A stretch of 63,912 nt of DNA, filler included, from Albugo candida (GCA_040437565.1; 7 parts of 7 records of this genome joined end to end with filler, not necessarily neighbours in it), one strand, 5' to 3'. Counted from the first letter of the whole stretch, positions 23,731-39,626 are shown. The notes: generated from the letters alone by a model not told the origin. Program-made: numbers and translations.

Positions 23731-25943
23731 TATACCTTTTCAAGCGCCTTAAAAAGAAGCATAGAAGCATATCGCAAGTGACTGCAACACTCCTTACTAT
23801 CTATTACTTACCCTTTAAATCAGCGGCTATGCACATCGATTCCACTTTGGTCAATTTATGTCACTGCGATCCTCACCTGGTCCTTTTTCTCATTCTCATT
23901 TGATCCTTCGCGTTCTCCTTCTGATCACACTTATATCGTATAGAATAAATAATGAGCTGCAGACGATGGAGAATTTTTGTTAAGATACCAAAACTGAGAT
24001 TCTTTACTTTTCTTTTCCTTTTCTTTCCTTGTTTTCTTTCAATCTCCTGACAATAATCATCTTCTCTCGCCTCACTTGCCAATTTCCAATAGTGACGACA
24101 CGACCATATAACACCCGCCAACATGCGCCGAGCTGGTGGGGATACGTACTCATCCGGGAATCAACTCCAAGAGAACGACCCGACCAAGCTTATCCTCATC
24201 CGACAAATTATCTTGACAGAATGATCAGCTCAAAAGTAGAAAACTTGATCTCAAAGAAGAGAGTCTAAAGCTCGACACGATGTTTGCTCAGGAACAAGCG
24301 ACATCAAATCACCTGAACGCGCGACTTGATCAAATGTTGGAAGAACGCATTATGCTTCTGCATCAAGTCAAGCAGAAAGAATCGCAAATTGCAGCAGAAA
24401 AGGCGAGCATTCTGAATCTTTCTTATCGGTTACTCAGTTGCGTCTTTCAACTCGAACAAGAGGAAAAAGGTTCAGAAAAGCCGACTTAGAAAACACAAGA
24501 ACGATCTCATTCAGTATAAGAAGCATTTGACCCAATTCCCGCCAAATAGGGTGTTGATATCTCTAAAGGCGAAGCCAACTATTGAAGTGTCTGATGCTGT
24601 GCAGCCGACCCACTTTGTCCACAAAATGAACGTTGCACGAAGAAATGAAGACAGAGGCCTCCAGCCTCAAGTTGATGAATTAGATAGGACGTTTCACTAA
24701 TACAAACAGTATACTCGCTTTGGTTTCGTAGGAAATAGGAACAGCGAACTTTATCTTTATGAATCATTCTAATATCGAATAAAAAACTCTTACTTTGATT
24801 TGCTTACCCGAGTGCATCTTGCTTCATTTCAAGCTTTTCTATCTACTTTGCAAGATAGAATCATCGATTAAGAATTTAATAAGATACCTGCTTAAGCAAG
24901 AAGAGGCCTATCCAGTCAGTAGCAGCAAAGAACATTAAATCAGCTGTCACGACTGAGAGCGGGTCATGAAAAATGAAAAGGAGGGTCGTAAGGGCTATGA
25001 CTTGTGGTTAAAGTGTAGCACAGTAGATCAAGCGATATATTCTCTTTGCTACGTATCAATTGAGGACAAAGCTTGAGCTTTGCAAAGAATTGAATCAACG
25101 CATCATAAACACTCTCAGTCACACACCACCTCATCCAGTGTCAACGTATGAAGAGAGCAAAAAAGTTGGACTTCTCATTCTTAATGACAAACGAGACTTG
25201 ATGTATAAGAGGAACAATTCGACCAGCTAAACGCACATGATCGTGTCATTCTACCCTTATATTCAAATTAGCAGATTTCACATGAGTAAGCTTGAAGATC
25301 ATGGTTCCCTGTTCAGAACGTGAGATTTATTCATCGAAAACTCATCCCGAGTCATCATGCTTTTTGGAGTACGGCCTTTGTTCGAAAAATTCATCAAGAA
25401 TTAGACTTACTGACGTCAACGTAGGCATCAAACGGGGAAGCATCGCGTCACCATCAATTTTGCACAATAGGTGACTGGTCGAATTATACTGTCATGTCGC
25501 TATCTTCCATTTTGAATGCTCCAGTACTTCGAACCCAATTGCAGCACTTGTTTACGCAAAGCTTTCCCTCAATACCAGCTCCCTTCTTTTCAGACTTGAT
25601 TTGTGCTGATTGGAAATTGCAATCTAAATCGGAGATAAGCCGGCCTTGAGTCATGACGTTGGGCGGTAAATTTACAGCACAGCGTGTTACATGGAGGCCT
25701 TGGCCATGTCCATCCAAGCACCAGACACGTCACCGCTTCAATACAGGTATACCGTATGCAAAGAAAAGTCTCTGGAATTTTATTTCTGTTTGAATGAGAT
25801 TTGCACTTTTGTACTTGGATTGATTTTCTTGCAGTGCGTCCTATCTTAACTGTATATACCAATAAGCAGAACATGAATGCTCGCACGTCTTGCCTTTTAA
25901 TATGCTAAACAGTGTAATTGCTTTTGTTTTTGAGATTTGTAAA

Positions 25944-27175
25944 ATGCAAAAATGGTCAATATGCGGGCACTTTGCAATAACACTCGGTCTTTTGGTTGCT
26001 TTGCTCAATGAATACACCTATAGTATTGATTGCTTGAAGCACAATATTCCCGTACTCATTATGCACGGTATGGGTGACGCAGCCGAAAATACAGGAATGA
26101 TGAAAATACAACAGGTACCCAGCATCACTTATGTTTGTTGCTATTTTGCTCAGCTTGTCGTATATATCATTAGTTGGTGAGTAAGGAACTGGATGCGTAT
26201 GTTTACTTAGCGAGAATTGGAGAGTCAAAAGAAGAAGATATCAAAAATAGTTACTTCATGCCAATGGTGAAGCAGCTAGAGATATTTTCCAAGCAAGTTA
26301 AAGAAGTAAGAGATATTCTACTGCAGCAAAGATCCGAGTTCCTAATGACGTTAATGAAGAATCCGAATCTTAAGAATGGTTTCAATGCAATTGGACTCTC
26401 TCAAGGCAATTTACTCGTGAGAGCGTACATCGAGATCTACAACAGCCCACGCGTATTCAATTTTATATCGCTTCACGGGCCTTTAGGAGGTGTTTCTGCA
26501 ATACCTCATTGTGCTCCAATCAATACATTTTGTAGAGAAGTGATATATGTACGTTGCCCAAGTCCCTTCCGTCACGCAAATAATCATTAACAGCAAGCAG
26601 TTGATCTCCCTAGAAGTATATTCCACACTAGTCCAAGGTACGAATGCAAAGCTAGTGAGGCAGAAGGTATATTGCATTCTTATTCATGTAGACCATTTGG
26701 CACAAGCGAACTACTTCCGCGATCCTATGGCAATTACGAGGTATCTCGAACATGGTGCGTATCTTCCTATCACTTTTTTTGGGTATTAAGTTTTCTTGTA
26801 GCCCAGTTTCTGCCAGATATTAACAACGAAAAGATACACAAATTCAATGCTACCTACCGGAACAACTTTGCTTCACTGGATTCACTCATCCTAGTCAAAG
26901 CCAAAAGGGACACCCAGGTCTTCCCATCTGAATCAGAATGGTTTGGAGTATACGCGGATGTAGATGCCTTCAAAAGGATTTTGAAATACAACGAAACCAC
27001 GTGGTATCAGCAAGATTTATTTGGTCTCAAGGAATTAGACCGAGCCGGAAAGATACATTTTTATGAGACCGATGGCGACCATCTCGTGATCTCAGATCAG
27101 ACAATCATACAATTAGTGCGTAAGCATTTTCGTGAATCCCCATATTTCCAGTCGGATTCGGCGAGTGCTGCTTGA
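25944..27175 (+). CDS. PPT1: Palmitoyl-protein thioesterase 1, multi-exon
   Basis: Signal peptide, PVLIMHGMGD, GFNAIGLSQG (nucleophile), QANYFRDP, FLPDINNE, SEWFG and DGDHL. Short GT-AG introns. Confidence 0.93.
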
Positions 27176-27387
27176 ATGTCAGCTTCGTTTTGCGTCATAG
27201 TAAACGAGATAATCATTTGTAAAATCAATCGCGAATCACGTTCTCTCTTGAATCTGCATAAACCCGTTCGCCTTTGATCTATGTGTGCGATATATTTTTC
27301 GATACGGACGAACTATTTGCAAGATTGAGAATAGCTCTAAATTGGTGGCCAGCACTTAATTTGTGTGGTTTCCAGCATATTTTTTAA

Positions 27388-28607
27388 ATGTCAACCATTT
27401 TGTTGAAACGAGTCGCGAAAATCGGAACAATTGGAACTTGTGCAACGTATGGAGCTGGACTGATTTCACTATATGTTGACGCACCTCAAGCCGATATCGG
27501 TGGAGGACGAAGACGCGATAAGGAACAAGTCTTTCCAGGCTGGTTACATAATGTTGGTCGAGTTCCAACAGTCATGGCGGCTACCGCAGTATCAAAAATG
27601 TATTTACATGTCTTGAACCGCCTTACCTGTGATGGAAACGAAGTGCTTCTGGAGAACTTGAAGAATCGTCCAAAGGGAAAAGCTTTATTAACAGTCTCCA
27701 ATCATACAGCAACAGTAGATGATCCGGGAATATTTGCGGGGTGATAAGCTTTAGTTTGAATATGTTTCATCTGATATTCTGACGATTGTTCGATCAATTG
27801 ATCCTTAGAATACTTCCTTGGTCATTTCTTACTCCGTCAAGAATACGTTGGAGCTTGTGCAGGTTGATCCATATTCTATCACTAGCGTGTAATTACTGAT
27901 CAACAATGTGCATGTGCGGCAGTCAGGAGTATTGCTACACAAAAGGGAGATTAGCATCAACGCTTTTTTACTCCGCGAAAACCCTTCCTATTAAACGTGG
28001 TGCTGGAATTAATCAAGAGGTACTGTGTTATGCAATGAGAATGGCAATATAACATCTGACTGATGACTGCTGGCTGCATCCTAGTTGCTGCACGATATTT
28101 TCGAGAGAATTCAAGATGGACAATGGGTACATATTTTTCCTGAAGGAAAAATAACACAAGACGGCTGTAAATCAAGCAAACTGTTCCTCCTGTCGTATTG
28201 CTCCTAAAGTATCGTGTGTAGCACTTGGAGGACGAGAAGGTCTCGATCGAGACAAGATCGGGAGGCTCAAATGGGGTGTAGGAAAACTCATCGCTCGAGC
28301 GGATACAACGCCTGTTGTGATACCAATTTATCATGTGAACATGAACAAACTAATGCCACAAGATGAGAACAATGAAGTTATCAATGTATTGCCTCGTGCG
28401 AACAATCACGTCTTTGTTCGTGTGGGACAGCCTATAGATTTCGAAGACCTGTTTCGCGAATATGAAAAGGAGCGCGTTAAAGCTTCTAATGCAGCGTCAT
28501 GGGACTCGGAAGAGAAAGAAAAAATACTATATTCAGCGATCACTAGAAGAATAGAAGAAGCCTTACTTAACTTAGAGCAGCAAATATCTACAAACATCAA
28601 AAAATAA
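27388..28607 (+). CDS. TAZ1: Tafazzin-family phospholipid acyltransferase, multi-exon
   Basis: LLTVSNHTATVDDP (HX4D), PIKRGAGI, WVHIFPEG, RLKWGVGKLI, PVVIPIYH. Confidence 0.9.
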
Positions 28608-28760
28608 ATAAGTCTCGGATGCATCCTCCTTCTTGATCTGATATCCTCTTTTACCAGATATCTTCTAAAATCGCAAGTCTTCAGCGCCGCTTCAGCCATC
28701 TCAACACTATAAAGGCGAATTGAGCGATACATTTGAGGCTACACAAATAACAGCGACACA

Positions 28761-29520
<760 letters not shown>

Positions 29521-29989
29521 GATCCGGATCGGACCACAATAAATCACACATTGGGCCTTCATGAGGAACTTCTTGTAATCGATCCAANNNNNNNNNNNNN
29601 NNNNNNNNNNNNNNNNNNNNNNNNNNNNNNNTTAATTAATTAANNNNNNNNNNNNNNNNNNNNNNNNNNNNNNNNNNNNNNNNNNNNCCAAGCCCGTATA
29701 CTATACGTACGGATATACACATTGCACACTTTCAATATCAGCAATGGAAAGCGACGACACAAATTAGCAGCAGCTTCTTTCGATAACATGAGTCATGCCA
29801 AAAAAAGGGATACAATTTAAGCAGTAATGAGTACAACCGAGAATGTGACCGTCCGTTTTGTGTAGTATCAAGTGAAAAGCGTTATAAAGCAGTGTGCACG
29901 CAACATGACTGTTTCTTTGTTGTGCAGTTTTCCTTTTCGCAGACAATCAGCCCCCCAACAAAGTTTTCTTTGCACTCCTGTCAAGTATT

Positions 29990-30900
29990 CTAATCGCTAA
30001 AGGCGTCTCCTAGAAACACAACAAACTGCTTTAAGCCTATTAGTCAGAGATATGGCCATAATATCCGGTAGGAAAGTGACTCTGGTGATGATACAAACCA
30101 AGCGAATTCCACCACATATATGCACTGTGCTCACGACCTCCAAATGTTGGAGCGTGGGGTGTAATGAAGTGTTATTAAGCAATACAGCCTCATTCTATCT
30201 TACATAGCTGGACTAACCATTCGAGGCCAGGAAGCGAAGCTTGATATTGTAAATGAGGAATTCATACGGTTAAGTATCATTCTCTAGGAAGGATTATAGG
30301 CATATAAGCCATACTCTGAGCGTGGGATATTCGTGGGCGACACATTTGTAAAGCCATCAATCGGTGGGATACTCCCTGTTGCGTGCTTTAGAAATGGCAA
30401 CAACGAGATCCAAATTATCGGACCTGGTCTTGTGTCGGTAAAGAATAAAGACAACTGGAGCTGGTTTTTTAAGCTCTACTCTCTCACCTCAAGCCATCTC
30501 CAGCATTCGTGATATCGGATAGGGACAAGCGGTTTATCTAAGCTATGCATACATCGGCACCCGACGCACCACATTTTTTCTTCTTCCGATATTTTATTGA
30601 AAATTAAAAAAATAAACACAAGTAAAATTTGTTGAAGAATTTGGAGTGGATATTGCCTCGTTCACGAACAACAGAAGAGTAAGAAAAGGCAAAAGCGAAT
30701 ATCACAAGTTCGAACAGCAGTGTGCTGTTGTAGTTTTAGAAGGTTGAGTGTAAAGCTTAGTCAAAAGGTTACTCATCATGTCCAAAATACAACACTTTGA
30801 CATCAGAAAACGTGGAGTCGGTAAGCAGAGTGTTGAAGGGAACTCGGAGCCTTCCTATCATCGACTGATTGATGGGGATCGAACGTTACGTGGCGTGGAG
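29990..30900 (+). mobile_element. Mutator/MULE transposase relic
   Basis: Broken frames read as ATHL...ACFRNGNNEIQII...KDNWSWFF...VISDRDK...NTLTSENVES. Many stops. Confidence 0.65.
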
Positions 30901-31199
30901 ACGAACGAGATGCGGAATGTGCAACCAATTTGGCCATAATCGCAGGACTTGTTAAATAAGGGATGCGCAATTGTAAGCTTCATTATCGTTACTTCATAGT
31001 GCACTTTTGATCAGACGTTTTTCATCCAATAATGGATACTCCTCGTTATAATCGTAGACATGTGTATATCAGTGCGTAAAGTACACATACTTGATTTCTT
31101 TTCAAGAATATGGGAAATATATATCAATTCGATGATAAATAAAAAAAAATACCAAGGCTGTATACTATACGTATGGATATCCACATGCGGAGGATTATA

Positions 31200-34100
31200 A
31201 CGAGGAAAACCCAGTCTGGATTAAAGCTGGAAAGCAGTTTCACAGCAAGATGGACATCTGGTACGACGATAAACCCCAATTTTGGTACTTAATGGACCGA
31301 CTGAACACCAAGTTCGGTCCGCGGATTTCGAAGTCACAAGCGTTCAAACTTTGCGCATCGAAGAAATAGAAGACTGTTCGTGGACTGATCACATGCTGTA
31401 CCTGATAACGTTGACTGATGCTGTCGGCGGTGCTCACGACCAAATTCTCGAAAAATATTTGCCAAGTTTGCCAGCTCGAGTGATTTTCAGGGCGTGCTAT
31501 TGGCACGACTAAAGTATCAGCGTGAAGATTACGTACGACATGCAGAAGAACTGGTTTATTTTAGGCAACAGAATGATCCAAGCATTCGACTGGGAAGCAA
31601 GCCGACGTTGGCCACTGTGGAAGGATTTACGGGTTGGGTGACCTAAGATCAATGAAGATCGCCAACTTGGAAAGCCGGGTACCTGTTTCAAGTGCAGCAA
31701 AGAAGGTCACTTCAAACGCGAATGCAAACAAGAAGTTAAGAAGGAATTTGCGCTGAACGTTGCGCAACAATGTCGATGCCACCTGCCAATGGATTCGGGA
31801 TAGTGCTTCTAGTCGTCTCCTGGTGACGACGCCATCACTACTTTACGATATGGAGGAGTGTATGAGGAGTGCCTACTTCCAGATAAAGAAATTTAAAAAT
31901 GTAGCTCAAAGAAAATGGCGATTTTGTGGTACGCTTCGATGGAGAGCTTCGTCGCATCAAGCTACGCGATGTCTATCACTCGGCAATCTTCCATGAAACA
32001 TACTGTCTTATGGAAAAAGCGAAGAAATAGGGTATGACTTTCGCTTTGATGGGATTGCACGTGCAGTGGTTCGACGAAAGGAAGTGTTCAAGATTTTCGA
32101 TGTTGAAAAGGAAAAAAATAACGTACTGGTGGTGTGTGTCGTCATCGACGATGTCGTTGGAATTGATGCCAAGAAAATTGAAGAGTGCGTGGGTGCAGCA
32201 CTGATTGAAGCCGCCAGTTTGACGATATCAGATTCTCAACAAGGCAGTCTACTAGACTTCCACTTGTGATTTGGTCACCTGGCGTATGACACTATCGATA
32301 AGGTGGCGAAGACCCGTCAAATGGGATACTTCTCACGGATAAGATAGGGCCATTTTGATTAACGTGTGCTTAGGGCTAGCAGACCTACACCCATGAATCT
32401 TTTCAAAACACAGGAATGAATGCTCCTATCGAGTGGCTGGCGTTATCTGTAGCGATATCAAAGAACTAATAGTGCCGATCAACAGGTGTGGAATCGAGTA
32501 CTTGATCAATTTCGTTGATCACAAGAGCAACTACTGCCGTGTGTTCCTGGCAAAAGCGGATGATAAGGCGACCAAGGCGTTCGAATCTTTCCTTGTTTTC
32601 TTTGAGAAGCAATTCAATTGTAAGTTCCACTGCCTTCGTACTGATGGTGGAGGTGAGTAGAAGTTCGTCTATCCATTTTGCAAGAAAAGCGGTGTGAAAC
32701 GTCAGGTATCGGAAGCGGCAACCAAGCTTCAAACGGAAAGGCAGAGCGTGTGCACCAAACTGTGAGGAATATGGTTCGCTCCATGATATTTGGGTCAGGG
32801 CTGCCTTTGCTCTTGTGGGGAGACGCTGCAGAATACGTGTCTTATATACTCAACCGCAGCCCCAAGCGAGGAAATGCGGGTTGTGCTTCGCTGCTTCAAG
32901 AACTGACTGGAGTCAGATCAACTCTGACAGATATCGTTATTTTCGGATCACCATGCACCGAGATTCGGACACCGAACCATAAGACCCTTGACCGGTGTGG
33001 GGAAGCAGGAGTCATAATTGGCAAGAGCGACGAAAATAAAGAGTATCGGGTGCTGTTCACGAAAGACCGCGTGGTTCGTGCGACGCAGCATGTCAAGAAT
33101 ATCAAGTCCGTTAGGGATGATGCGAATGCAAAACGCGTCATTAGATTGACGAACATGATGAGGTGGTTGCTAGTAAGATGAAGACCGCTGATCCCATCGA
33201 CATTGTCGTCGATTCAGCAAATGAGACGTGTACGTCTAAAGACACACTACCAGAGTCAGATGGTAATGTTGGACATCGTGAGGAGCCACGAGTGGCATCA
33301 GGGAAGGTCAAGAAGCGCGGCAATCGCGGTAGACTGAAATTTTAAACGACTGAGGCTTTAGCGACCAAGCCAACAATGACCATGAAAACGCAATTTAATG
33401 GTTCCAAAACCACACCTCGCGAGATTATTGTCGCGGTTTATCGTGTCGATCCGAAGAACTGGAAAGAAGCCATGGAGAGCGACAATTAGGTGGAATGGGA
33501 GAGAGCTGCTAAATCGGAGATCGATTCGCTCGAAGCCAATGAGATGTGGGAAATGGTGTTTCACACTGATGAAATGCGTCATTTCCACTCAAAGCGGGTG
33601 TTCAAGAAAAAAAACAGATGCTGAAGGAAACGTCGAGCTCTACAAAGCACGCATGGTGGCGTGCGGAAATGAGAAGGATTTTGGTAAGAACTATATACTA
33701 ACGTCCACTACAGTTATGGACATGACTACGCTGAAGGACATCCTTGAACTACGTGCGATATGGGGTGTACCGGCGCATCACGGGGACGTTCCTAATGCAT
33801 ACGTCAAGGCCTCTACTGAACCGGATTTGGACATTCACTTATATGAGCCACAAGGAATGAAAGTACGAGAGAAGGAGATACAGCGTTGTGGTGCTCAGGA
33901 TATGAAACAAGTGGTGCTTCGGCTTCAGCGCAGCCTTTATGAGCAAGTTTTGCATTCATAATTACTTCGTGTCAGATTCGTAGAATTGTCACAGACTCGT
34001 GTCTCTACTACAACGATGAAAAAACTGTCGGCGGAGTATATGTTGATGATTTGCTGGTGACCGGGACATCGAAGTGTCGAGTGGATGATGTGTTCAAACA

Positions 34101-34560
34101 ATTGGTAATGCTGCAGATCAGAGACTTGGGCATCGTTAATTAGTATACAGGGATGCGATTAACTCCTTCTTCGGAGTTTGGTTATAAAATTGATCAAGAA
34201 TAAATGATAGATAAGCTAATGTTAAAGTTTGTCTAAAAATATGCACACCACGTGATGACACCCATAGGGTTCGATCATGATACCGACCTCAGGGAAGCGG
34301 ACCCGATTTTACCCGCGGATGGGCCTGTTGGATCAGCATCACTGGAACACTTTCCGTCGATAGTAGAATCACTGTTATGGTTGGCTCGATGCACACGACC
34401 GGACATTGCTTATGTGGTGCACTGAGATACGCGACGAGCTCATGCTCCTGCGGTGAGCGACTCTCAATTGAGCAAAAGAATTGCCAGTTATTTGAAAGGA
34501 ATAAAAAATGTTAAGTTTCTGCTTGGACATAAACAGGTGTAGCAAAACATTACTGTTGAC
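31200..34560 (+). mobile_element. Ty1/Copia retrotransposon relic
   Basis: Domain order knuckle (CFKCSKEGHFKREC), protease (WIRDSASS), integrase (FVDHKS, LRTDGGGE, NGKAER), RT (KARMVACG, GVYVDDLL, TRPDIAY). Many stops. Confidence 0.92.
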
Positions 34561-34564
34561 TCCC

Positions 34565-36059
34565 ATCCGTCATTTATAATATTTAGAAAAGCTTTTGCAC
34601 AATTACAACATAATTCGCTTCTGGCGCTGGTGTGGGAGACGAGAACGCAGTGTTTTATTCCTAGTTTCGCTTCTTTAAGAGTAGATAATTCAGGATATAG
34701 ACTTGGCTTGATCTTGTATGTGGTGCCGTAGTATTTACAAAAAGTTGAAGGATTGGATGGAACAGCGATATGTGAACCACGATACTGTTTTTGACACTGC
34801 TGTCCGAAATCTCCTTTAACCAAAGATGAGTCCAGAAAAACGATTTGCTCTGACGGAGATGTACTTCTCACCAAAAATACCAAATTTTTATTGGCGGGTG
34901 CTTTGGTCAAACAGCGCAGAAAATGAAGACACTCGCTTTGGCTTGATCTAATGCATAGGCAAGATGCCGCGGTCTGTCCGAGAAAATTGCCGTGACTTGA
35001 CAGTTCTTAGGCCGTGACTTGGCATCATATCTGATTGGCTTTCGAAACCGCGCCTTGATAGTATCTACCGAAAATAGATATCTGCTTCGGACGATATAAG
35101 GCGTCCACCATTATTGGGATGCACGGCATCGATTTGACTATCAACAAATTTTTCTGAACCACCATAATCATGCAATGTCTTTTTGTCCTGCGGAAACATG
35201 CGAGTCAAGTTGTCACAAGCTGTAGAAGACAATGGATACAGGTTAGAACAATATTTTTTTGCGCAGTCTTTTTGTATTCTGCTTGGGCTATAATAGCTTG
35301 TAAACGAAAATACAAATTGTAAGCCTGCTTTAATAGTTTTGAAATTATATGCCCGGACTCCAAATAATATACTATGCAGCGCCAAACATCGTTCACACTG
35401 AAATCGTCTTGTATAACTGTAGAAGCAACGATCCAGTGATGGTGCATTTCGGACCGCTTCGCGTGATGGTATCAAATATGTGTTCATAAAGGGCTTTAGA
35501 TCGTATGGGATGGTCCGCATATCGATCTCATTCTGTTTCGTATGGTCCTTTGCAGTTTTGAATGCGAAATTTTGCCTACAAGACATTCTTGGTATCTCGT
35601 CCATGAAGAGAAAGGCTATCCTCCCGTATGACTTTATCGCTGAGAGATCTCTTTCCACGTGTTCATACTGTGCCGCCGCATCTAGTGACACTGAAAAGAG
35701 AGAATGGTATACTCGAGTTCAGCGTTCTGTAATAAGACTGATGAGCATGGTGGAAACTTTCTGATGTCAGTTTGTAGCTGACACCATATCCCACCATTAT
35801 TACATTGCATAAGAAATGACTCAATAATTGCGTCGCGACCTTTAATTAAATAAACACGTGTATCTTCATTCATGGCTACCAGATGGATTCGTTCGACGCC
35901 AACTTTTTCTACCAAACAAGTGTGACAAACTTCGAAATTTGCGTCGGTAAGAGCTAAAAGTCTGCTTTGCGACGAAAACAGTTGTATCATTCCTCTTCCT
36001 TCCAGGGCAATAACTAGCTGCTCAATCAGAATCAGTAAGAACGAGTTAACCGAAACCAT
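34565..36059 (-). pseudogene. CHXC/CCG secreted effector gene (Albugo type), disrupted
   Basis: ATG at 36059, signal-peptide-like MVSVNSFLLILIEQLVIA, and CHTCLVEKVG (CxxCxxxxxG) at residues 45-54. Further CxxC modules (CERCL, CCNCA). Frame break near 35690, stops at and after 35065, and the 3' end abuts the Copia relic. Confidence 0.8.
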
Positions 36060-39000
36060 TTCCTTTCGTTGCCGAGGGAGTATCCTTATAATCAATCAAA
36101 AAACTAGAATCACTTGAGTCACTAGCTTGTAAGAAATCGTTCTATAAAGCGTCCGCTTGATCCTAGCAGCCGTGCTCCATAGTTTTTGAGTGATCATATC
36201 TCCTATACAGTGAAAATAAAACTCTACGTATGAAATTCATCCATTATTCAGCATAATATAAAATTCCCACAGCAACTGATCTCTGTATTCTAGTAGTCAA
36301 AATAGCATTATCGTAACATTTGATCCGATGAATGGGATGTCAAGTTTTGTAACTCGTGGCATAAAGTCTTTTGGGATCTCGTGCGATTTATGGTTTTAAG
36401 AAAGTCCACGGACCAGATCAATGACAAAAAGAACTTGCAGACAGGGCAATACATAACATGCAAGATCAGTCTCGACCCTTCTTTTTTCAAGTTACTGCGC
36501 ATATACCGATTATTACTTTGATTGATAGACAGTCGAGCTCAAGATCACTGCGCAAAACGTAGATGAAAGATCGTAAACATGGTCAGTATTGTTGAGCGAT
36601 ATGCCGTCTACTTGTTGACACGATTTTCAAGCAGACTGTGATAATGCCAGAAAAATGGCTAAACCTCTATAGTCAGCAGGCTCTCTGACTAGCTGCTTGT
36701 ATTTATGTAGCGCGTCAAATGTTTGTATCAATCGGCATGGGAGTTAGTTGTAGTCATAAAGCCGAGTGAAGCTTACGGATTGATATGGTGAGAGAGATGA
36801 AGATGACTTTACGTACGGGGACGGATTCATCACTGTGAACTTAATTGTATGAATGCACGTCCTACATTTTGAACAAATCCCAACTAAAGTCGTGTGCACA
36901 GGTCTCCATTTCAAAGTTGATTGTTATCATACACTATATACGTACCTTGTGAACTATAGACTACAAAAAAAGTAGATCAGGAGATAACTTGGAGGAGAAA
37001 AGTAAGAACAACCTATGCAAATTTTCAAGATAGATCCAAGCATGTATACCCTATCTTTATACATATGTGCCCGAAGAAAATATGTCGCGAAGAATACTGT
37101 TGTTTGAATTTGAGTAAGCACTACTATATAAATTCAATATGAAAAAAGGCGATCTTACGCCCATTTTAATGAATCTGCGCTTCCGATTGATTGATAGTTA
37201 CCAGCATCAAGAAAGCTGTAATAGCTAAATTACTCGGTATGGCTGATAGGGTGTGCAAACATGATTATCACTTCGGCTTTGCGTTTTTTTCATTCTCGAG
37301 ATTTGAGACTCAAAGTGATCGTAATAAAGGAAGCTAGAAGCTGTAGCTCTAAATATATAAAGGAATAATCGAGAGGGCTACGCCGGCGCGAGCTGATGAA
37401 CACAACTCAATAAACGGAGTGGTGCACGGTAGTGGTAAAATACCTAAGATACGATAGCACCAAAGATGATTCTCGCCTCTCGACACCATGTAGACTTCAT
37501 TGACACGGGTCCAGATTGAGGACTCACTTCTGTATCTGTGATAAGATGTCTGTGGCTTCCTTACAAGCGTACTACAAAGTACTCAGTTCACGGAATGGAT
37601 TGGAGACAGGTGTGGTATGCTTGAAAAAGTTCGAATTGAGTAGTAGTTCCTGAATGATACTAAATTATTCGTGTAGTTTCCAAAGGTATGACGGTAATAA
37701 CAACAAACGGCGAGTCCCATTGCGAATTTAGCTGCATACTGGGTATCTCAGGTAAAGGAGGGTTCGTCACATCACCATAATCTACTATGAATGAATGGGC
37801 TCAAATTAGTAGCTTCGTCATCGCAAAATCAATGAGTATATCACACAGTGACATTATTGTCACATTTCCTTCTTTCTTACTGCAACAGAATTGCCATGTG
37901 GACCACAGCAGGTACATTTATACAACAATCGGAGTCTGGTGAAGGGCTTGTGAACATCAGACTCACAATTACTTAGCCGAATGCCATTTCGATCAAATGG
38001 ATGGGACCTTGAATATGGCATTGCTGCATCGCATATTGGCAAGAATGCCGATATAAATATGTTTGCTCTTCGTATCGTTCCTGTGGTATTCTTTGGCTCA
38101 GTATTTTTCCAATATCGTTGGATGATAATTTTGAATATGATAAGAGCTCACTTTGAAACATAGAAATCGACTATATGATAAATCGTGTTTCGCTTCAATC
38201 AGTATTCTCTCAAGCGCTTTGATTGAAAAGGTATTTCTACAAGAAGAAAGCCCGTTTCAATTTACACAATACTCGTAATGATGAGTTTAACCAAAGAACT
38301 TATCGTACTTCAGCGCATCATCTGAAAAAAAATTATTGACTGACGCACGTATCAAAATTTTCTTTCAGTCAAAAGTGCTCACCGACATGTTCAAGTAATG
38401 CGATATCGACCCCAACTCGCACCTCCTCTTCCTCTTCACAGCAGGTTGATTGTTGATTCTCTCAAGAGCTTAAAATTGTATTGACGATATATAGGAGATT
38501 GTGTGGAATATACGAGCAATGTTGACGTCTTCCGTATTAATCTGAGGCACAATAGTTGTCGAAATAATCCCACGTTGATGGTGTTCATCTTGGTCAAAAA
38601 AGTGAGTTGATAATTGACAGGGACTGTATATACATATAAGTGAAGCATTAATGCCGTACAGCTTTGTTTTCAATGATAGTCCAGCGCTCCGCATGCAAGC
38701 CCTATTATTTTGTTTTCTTATTAGAATTGCATCCTTTGGTCTTGCACAGATGCAACGAAAAGTTTCTTGACTCCATTGACATCAAAAGCATCCAATTGCA
38801 GCGACATACAGTATGTTTTAACGTCGTGGTTTGTTCTACCCCGCTTCTTATGGTGTGATAATTGAGATCAATCCATGAGTTGTGAACAGCTGGACTTCGT
38901 GTTGTTGATAAGGATAAATGGTTACATTGCCATGATTGGATGTAACAAGTAAACTAAATTATATCCCTGTCGGGATGCCNNNNNNNNNNNNNNNNNNNNN

Positions 39001-39626
39001 NNNNNNNNNNNNNNNNNNNNNNNTTAATTAATTAANNNNNNNNNNNNNNNNNNNNNNNNNNNNNNNNNNNNNNNNNNNNACCAAGGATGGAAGTGAAAGC
39101 ATTGTAGATGAAGTTGGTAAAACGTTTCTTTGTCAAAAGCTCCGAATCCAACATGATCGATTGCTCCAAGGAAGCTTATATAATTGTAATATGCTGCTTT
39201 GCCGCTCACTATCTTCATATTTTGTGAATTTTCGTCTCCTTGCACTTGTGGTTGAGAGAATAAAGTGGTATAAAGCAGTTCGCATGTGCTTGATACATAT
39301 GAGTGTATTGAATGGGGCATCGTTTGTGTGAGCAATTGGCCAAAATCGTAAGTAACTAGGACTGAAGAACTCTTGCACCATCAATTGAGATCATTGATAC
39401 AAAATTACCAAAGCTTGTAAGATTAAATCTATCGCAATGATTTTGTCTCATTTGTAGTATCACTACAAGTTAGAATAAGGGACAGACTCTGCAGTTCAAA
39501 ATAAACTCCAAGTGTACGCTGAGGTACTGATTAATGCAAGTCAGAGCCATATGTATACAGCTTTGTAACGTGATACTTCTATTGCAGCGGACTAGCGTAT
39601 AATCCTTGACTAGCCAATGACGTGTG

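Noticed and set aside
29688-31186. ~35-bp imperfect direct repeat at 29688 and 31151
   Set aside because: It is direct rather than inverted and too short for an LTR. It is probably a duplicated piece of the MULE relic.
36300-39450. Possible further degraded secreted-protein genes
   Set aside because: Only vague Cys or hydrophobic hints, with no intact motif.
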